In this document: piece after piece, positions 16,964-20,000 of the stretch | Numbering within the stretch: the stretch's first letter is position 1 | Layout of the letters: every line of letters begins with the position of its first letter | IMG/VR virus record: IMGVR_UViG_3300037067_013258 | DNA: 20,000 nt | Source: an uncultured virus (IMG/VR IMGVR_UViG_3300037067_013258) | Lineage: Duplodnaviria; Heunggongvirae; Uroviricota; Caudoviricetes | Reading direction: 5' to 3' (one strand) | Translations under genes and position numbers: made by a program | The notes under the pieces: generated by a model | What the model was told of the DNA's origin: nothing | Databases searched by the model: none | What the model saw: the letters and a program-made list of their open reading frames with translations, nothing else

Positions 16964-17458
16964 TCAAGTATCTGCAAACATTCCTATTCCAAGTATGTTT
17001 GAAATGTCAAAATCCAACACATTATCAAAATGTATCGAATCCGTATCTATTAAATCTTTTCCCAAATAATAATCATTCAACTCTGCTATTTCAGTATACG
17101 AAACACCTGAAGTAGCATAAAATGCTGATTCTCCTATATGTGAAAATATTATTTTTTCCCATTGCTTTTTGCTTTTATTGTAGGCCATAATAAACAGATT
17201 ATTTATCCAGGAAGGAAAATCCTTCTTTTCAAAATTCACACCTATCTGTATGATGTCTAAAAAAGCAAATATTGATATTTCCTTCTCTTCCCATGCTTGA
17301 AAATCTGCGTACACATTACTCACAATTACACTACTTTTACTCTTAAAACAATAAAAATCACCATATGTTTCAAGTGGCTGAAATAACTGAATAATCTTTT
17401 CAATCATTAAATTATAAAGGATTTCGTTTTTTGGGGATACTATCTTAAATGATTTCAT
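16964..17458 (-). CDS. Hypothetical protein
   Basis: 164 aa, AT-rich; ATGA overlap with the upstream gene. Confidence 0.6.
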   Translation of the reverse strand: MKSFKIVSPKNEILYNLMIEKIIQLFQPLETYGDFYCFKSKSSVIVSNVYADFQAWEEKEISIFAFLDIIQIGVNFEKKDFPSWINNLFIMAYNKSKKQWEKIIFSHIGESAFYATSGVSYTEIAELNDYYLGKDLIDTDSIHFDNVLDFDISNILGIGMFADT

Positions 17459-17976
17459 TCTAAATACTCATGCAAACCAAAATAAAAATCTAATGTTGCT
17501 GTATTCTGCCCCGGACACTTACACCTTGCCCAAACAAGGCTTCCTGCATTATGTCTTCTTGATTTAATATTAAAAAACTTTTCTGTATTAATTCCATCAA
17601 ACGTAAGCACTTTTTCAGTATATGTTTCATTCGATATTGCATCTGCACCACTTGCCCCAAAACCTATTTGAATAAAATAATCTGCATTTTTTTCATTCCC
17701 TGTCATCTGCAATTCGTCCAGATCCCATTTTGTCATTCCACTCTGCATTGGTGTATCATTTGAACCTAATATTTGCACCCATGTACCCCATGTGTCATTA
17801 CCAGCATCGATTTGAAAGGGGCTTACAGCTGTAAGAATATTGTCTGCTACATGTGTTGGTAAACTAGGGGTGACAGCTATTCCAAACCAACGTTCATTCG
17901 TATGTAAATGCTTTTCGATTTCCACAGTCTCTTCATATATTTCTTTTGCTCTTGTCGATTTTTCCAGACCTGGCAT
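17455..17976 (-). CDS. Hypothetical beta-rich protein (possible virion accessory)
   Basis: 173 aa; TAATG coupling to the upstream gene; Trp/Gly-rich beta pattern (WGTWVQILGS, VWARCKC, LDFYFGLHEY). Confidence 0.7.
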   Translation of the reverse strand: MPGLEKSTRAKEIYEETVEIEKHLHTNERWFGIAVTPSLPTHVADNILTAVSPFQIDAGNDTWGTWVQILGSNDTPMQSGMTKWDLDELQMTGNEKNADYFIQIGFGASGADAISNETYTEKVLTFDGINTEKFFNIKSRRHNAGSLVWARCKCPGQNTATLDFYFGLHEYLE

Positions 17977-18326
17977 TATTGTGCCTCCACTTCCATGACT
18001 ACTGTACCGGATACACGTACAAGCCTGATTGCTGATATTGGCCCTATAATTATGTCCTTATCCTCATTTGTCACAGTACCTAAATCTGTTAATGTACGTA
18101 ACACGGCATCCCCTGATGCTACCCTAGTTTGTCTTGTATTGCTTGTTTCAACGTAACAACTACCGGACGATGCTCGAATTCTGATAGTAGTTTGACTCAT
18201 TTTACCACTACCACTTGGCAGAGCCCATGTCTTGCCACCACTGCCTGTAGTTAATTTCTCTGAACAGGTATAGATCAACTGTGTTTCTGTTGATCGTGCA
18301 TCTAATGACATAAATTTTACACTCAT
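17976..18326 (-). CDS. Hypothetical small beta-sandwich protein (possible virion accessory)
   Basis: 116 aa, Ser/Thr/Gly-rich, ending GPISAIRLVRVSGTVVMEV; directly downstream of a consensus promoter. Confidence 0.7.
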   Translation of the reverse strand: MSVKFMSLDARSTETQLIYTCSEKLTTGSGGKTWALPSGSGKMSQTTIRIRASSGSCYVETSNTRQTRVASGDAVLRTLTDLGTVTNEDKDIIIGPISAIRLVRVSGTVVMEVEAQ

Positions 18327-18333
18327 GAAATGA

Positions 18334-18361
18334 ATATTATCACATTTTGATGATATGTCAA
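18334..18361 (-). promoter_or_regulatory. Sigma70-type promoter, probably leaderless
   Basis: TTGACA (18361-18356), 16-bp spacer, TG-A-TAATAT (hexamer 18339-18334); only 7 nt separate it from ATG 18326 and there is no SD. Confidence 0.65.
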
Positions 18362-18366
18362 GTATA

Positions 18367-18394
18367 AAATAAAAAAGCCGGAATAATCCGGCTT
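18367..18394 (-). terminator. Rho-independent terminator
   Basis: AAGCCGGA-ataa-TCCGGCTT hairpin followed on the minus strand by a U-rich tract (TTTTATTTT). Confidence 0.85.
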
Positions 18395-18502
18395 AACACA
18401 ATAGAACTACTTTTAATTACTACCTTCTGCACCTCCCTTATTTGACTACCAGAATTTGCGGTTTCTGCCTACCGATAACAACATACTTTAAAAAGTAACC
18501 TT

Positions 18503-18676
18503 TTATTTTTGTAATAATGCCATCAAGTACTGCTTAACAGCGTCATTATAAAACATACTTGGCTTTATGCCTGCACCAGGTGAAAGGGTGTCTTCATATT
18601 CCTTTAACAATTCCTGATTTTCGTCATTCAGTATAAAATTAACAGGCTTTCCCTGGATCTTTTTTGATTCTTTCAT
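18503..18676 (-). CDS. Ribbon-helix-helix-like DNA-binding protein, 57 aa (missing from the ORF track)
   Basis: SD AAAGGA; MKESKKIQGKPVNFILNDENQELLKEYEDTLSPGAGIKPSMFYNDAVKQYLMALLQK shows a VNFIL strand, a helix, a G-turn and an S...N.AV..YL helix. Confidence 0.7.
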   Translation of the reverse strand: MKESKKIQGKPVNFILNDENQELLKEYEDTLSPGAGIKPSMFYNDAVKQYLMALLQK

Positions 18677-18688
18677 ACAACCATCCTT

Positions 18689-18979
18689 TCACAAATAATT
18701 TAATGCTGCTTTTAATTGTGGGCAAGAAGTAAAGACGTCGTCTTTTAACATTTCATGCTTTATATAAATCTGAAATCCATCCTTTTTCATTATTGGTTCC
18801 TTTTCGGATTTCAGATTCCATTCCCTATTGTACTTTCTAATGCAGACCACAATTCGATTTATTCCCACAGCAATAAATTCCTTGTCACTACCACATTCTT
18901 TCATGATCTTTTGCTGCTCATCATAGCATTTAATTCTCAAATCAATCAAAAATTCCTTAACTTCAGTTTCTGTCATCAC
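18689..18979 (-). CDS. Hypothetical protein
   Basis: 96 aa; GGGAG SD upstream; co-oriented with its neighbours. Confidence 0.6.
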   Translation of the reverse strand: MMTETEVKEFLIDLRIKCYDEQQKIMKECGSDKEFIAVGINRIVVCIRKYNREWNLKSEKEPIMKKDGFQIYIKHEMLKDDVFTSCPQLKAALNYL

Positions 18980-18987
18980 ACAACTCC

Positions 18988-19200
18988 CTATTTTCTATTT
19001 TTTGGATTATCAGGGCATCCGTGATAATCATTATTTGCACAACTATAATAACTGTTAATCCAATCCATAGACTTTCCATCCATAGATTGTTTTTTATGTA
19101 CATATTTATGTGGAACAAAACAATCATATTTTTTACATTCTTTGCACACCACTGATACATTTATATATTTACCACTATATTTAACTCTAACTGTTATCAT
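18988..19200 (-). CDS. Small Cys-rich (possible Zn-binding) protein
   Basis: 70 aa with CKEC and C......GC; ATGA overlap with the upstream ORF. Confidence 0.55.
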   Translation of the reverse strand: MITVRVKYSGKYINVSVVCKECKKYDCFVPHKYVHKKQSMDGKSMDWINSYYSCANNDYHGCPDNPKNRK

Positions 19201-19406
19201 AAATCAATCCTTGACACTTTTTGCAATACAATTTTCATGCCATGTAGATAATTATGCCACATTTCCATGCAAGATAGCTGAGCATGGTTTTCACAGGATT
19301 TTGATAATGGACAACGACTGCATAACCCATAAGCAACATTTCCAATTCCTTCAGATAAAAAGTTTATCATTTCATTTGATAAAAACTCTATTTGATTATC
19401 TTGCAT
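19197..19406 (-). CDS. Small Cys-rich hypothetical protein
   Basis: Start re-assigned to ATG 19406 (SD AAGGGGG); contains CSRCPLSKSC...SC. Confidence 0.55.
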   Translation of the reverse strand: MQDNQIEFLSNEMINFLSEGIGNVAYGLCSRCPLSKSCENHAQLSCMEMWHNYLHGMKIVLQKVSRIDL

Positions 19407-19416
19407 AACATCCCCC

Positions 19417-19506
19417 TTACTTTCTTTTATCCCACCAACACAAAATGGCATAAACAATTACGGATGCAACAAATGCAATTATAAATATAAAAAAATGGTC
19501 TGCCAT
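19417..19506 (-). CDS. 29-aa single-pass membrane peptide (missing from the ORF track)
   Basis: SD AAGGA; MADHFFIFIIAFVASVIVYAILCWWDKRK; its stop abuts the SD of the next gene. Confidence 0.55.
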   Translation of the reverse strand: MADHFFIFIIAFVASVIVYAILCWWDKRK

Positions 19507-19520
19507 AAAGTAACATCCTT

Positions 19521-19548
19521 TAAAACAACCGGGAGGATCTCTCCCGGT
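19521..19548 (-). terminator. Probable intrinsic terminator after the pentapeptide-repeat gene
   Basis: ACCGGGAG-gatct-CTCCCGGT hairpin followed on the minus strand by TGTTTTA. Confidence 0.6.
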
Positions 19549-19589
19549 CATCACTAATTTTACTACCGCCAACGGCGGATTATTTTCAT

Positions 19590-20000
19590 TCACTCAAACC
19601 TTGGCACGTCAGTGCGGTGCATTTCATTGGCATACGGCTTTAAGATTTCCATAATTTTCTTTTCGTCATCTGACAAATCCGGCGCATTTTTTAGCATGTC
19701 GAATAAATGATAAGAAATTTGCGCCCGAAAACGCCTATCGGTAATCATATGCAAACTGCCACACCAAAGAGGGAGACAGGAAAAATCAAATTCCGCCCCG
19801 TTCAATTTCGCCCCGATCAATTTCGCGTTGTTCAATTTCGCGTTGTTCAATTTCGCCCCGATCAATTCCGCGTAGTTCAATTTCGCGTTGTTCAATTTCG
19901 CCCCGTTCAATTCCGCGTTGTTCAATTCCGCGTAGTTCAATTCCGCGTAGTTCAATTCCGCGTTGTTCAATTTCGCGTTGTAGGGAAAAACAATATTAAT
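19590..20000 (-). CDS. Pentapeptide-repeat protein (5' end probably outside the window)
   Basis: A(E/K)L(N/I)(N/Y/G) repeats followed by DFSCLPLWCGSL...QISYH; the frame stays open from 19970 to the window edge (INIVFPYNAKL). Confidence 0.85.
   Translation of the reverse strand: MNIVFPYNAKLNNAELNYAELNYAELNNAELNGAKLNNAKLNYAELIGAKLNNAKLNNAKLIGAKLNGAEFDFSCLPLWCGSLHMITDRRFRAQISYHLFDMLKNAPDLSDDEKKIMEILKPYANEMHRTDVPRFE
19791..19980. repeat. 15-bp coding tandem repeat, about 12-13 units
   Basis: Plus-strand units such as TTCAATTTCGCGTTG, TTCAATTCCGCGTAG and TTCAATTTCGCCCCG. Confidence 0.95.

Noticed and set aside
18400..18500. Strong SD-like AAGGGAGGT at ~18431-18439 on the minus strand
   Set aside because: No suitably spaced start codon or ORF follows; possibly a gene remnant.
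2548..19408. The remaining plus-strand ORFs and short alternate-frame minus ORFs in the track
   Set aside because: All overlap well-supported minus-strand genes and show no recognisable motifs.
19407..19457. Longer start for the ORF ending at 19197
   Set aside because: ATG 19406 has a strong SD, and the extension overlaps the 29-aa peptide ORF.
19791..19980. 15-bp repeats as a CRISPR array or a diversity-generating retroelement TR/VR pair
   Set aside because: There are no unique spacers and the repeats are in-frame coding units. Much variation is at adenines, but AAC-to-GGG changes a C, and no reverse transcriptase or separate template repeat is in the window.
1..20000. Stop-codon reassignment, or introns/inteins in TerL, portal or capsid genes
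   Set aside because: Genes are full length and tightly packed under code 11, with TAA, TAG and TGA all used as stops, and their sizes leave no room for an intein.

Overview
This window is the late (virion morphogenesis) region of a long-tailed dsDNA phage or prophage (siphovirus-like). All supported genes lie on the minus strand. In transcription order: a 5'-truncated pentapeptide-repeat gene, small ORFs (including a ribbon-helix-helix-like gene and a 29-aa membrane peptide, both absent from the ORF track), a terminator, a promoter with three unknown genes, and a second promoter with TerS, TerL, portal, minor head protein, protease/scaffold, decoration protein and major capsid protein. Then come a four-gene enzyme cassette, head-tail joining genes, tail tube, tail chaperone and a TP901-type tape measure that runs off the window. 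The standout is the ~3.3 kb cassette (5755-9097) between the major capsid and head-tail adaptor genes. It encodes one soluble DxD glycosyltransferase fused to a SAM-methyltransferase-like domain plus three standalone Methyltransf_24-like enzymes, all translationally coupled into the structural operon. This suggests a virion glycosylation plus multiple O-methylation system, analogous to chlorovirus PBCV-1 A064R/A061L and mycobacteriophage virion glycosylation. Calls rest on motifs and synteny read by eye; no searches were run.
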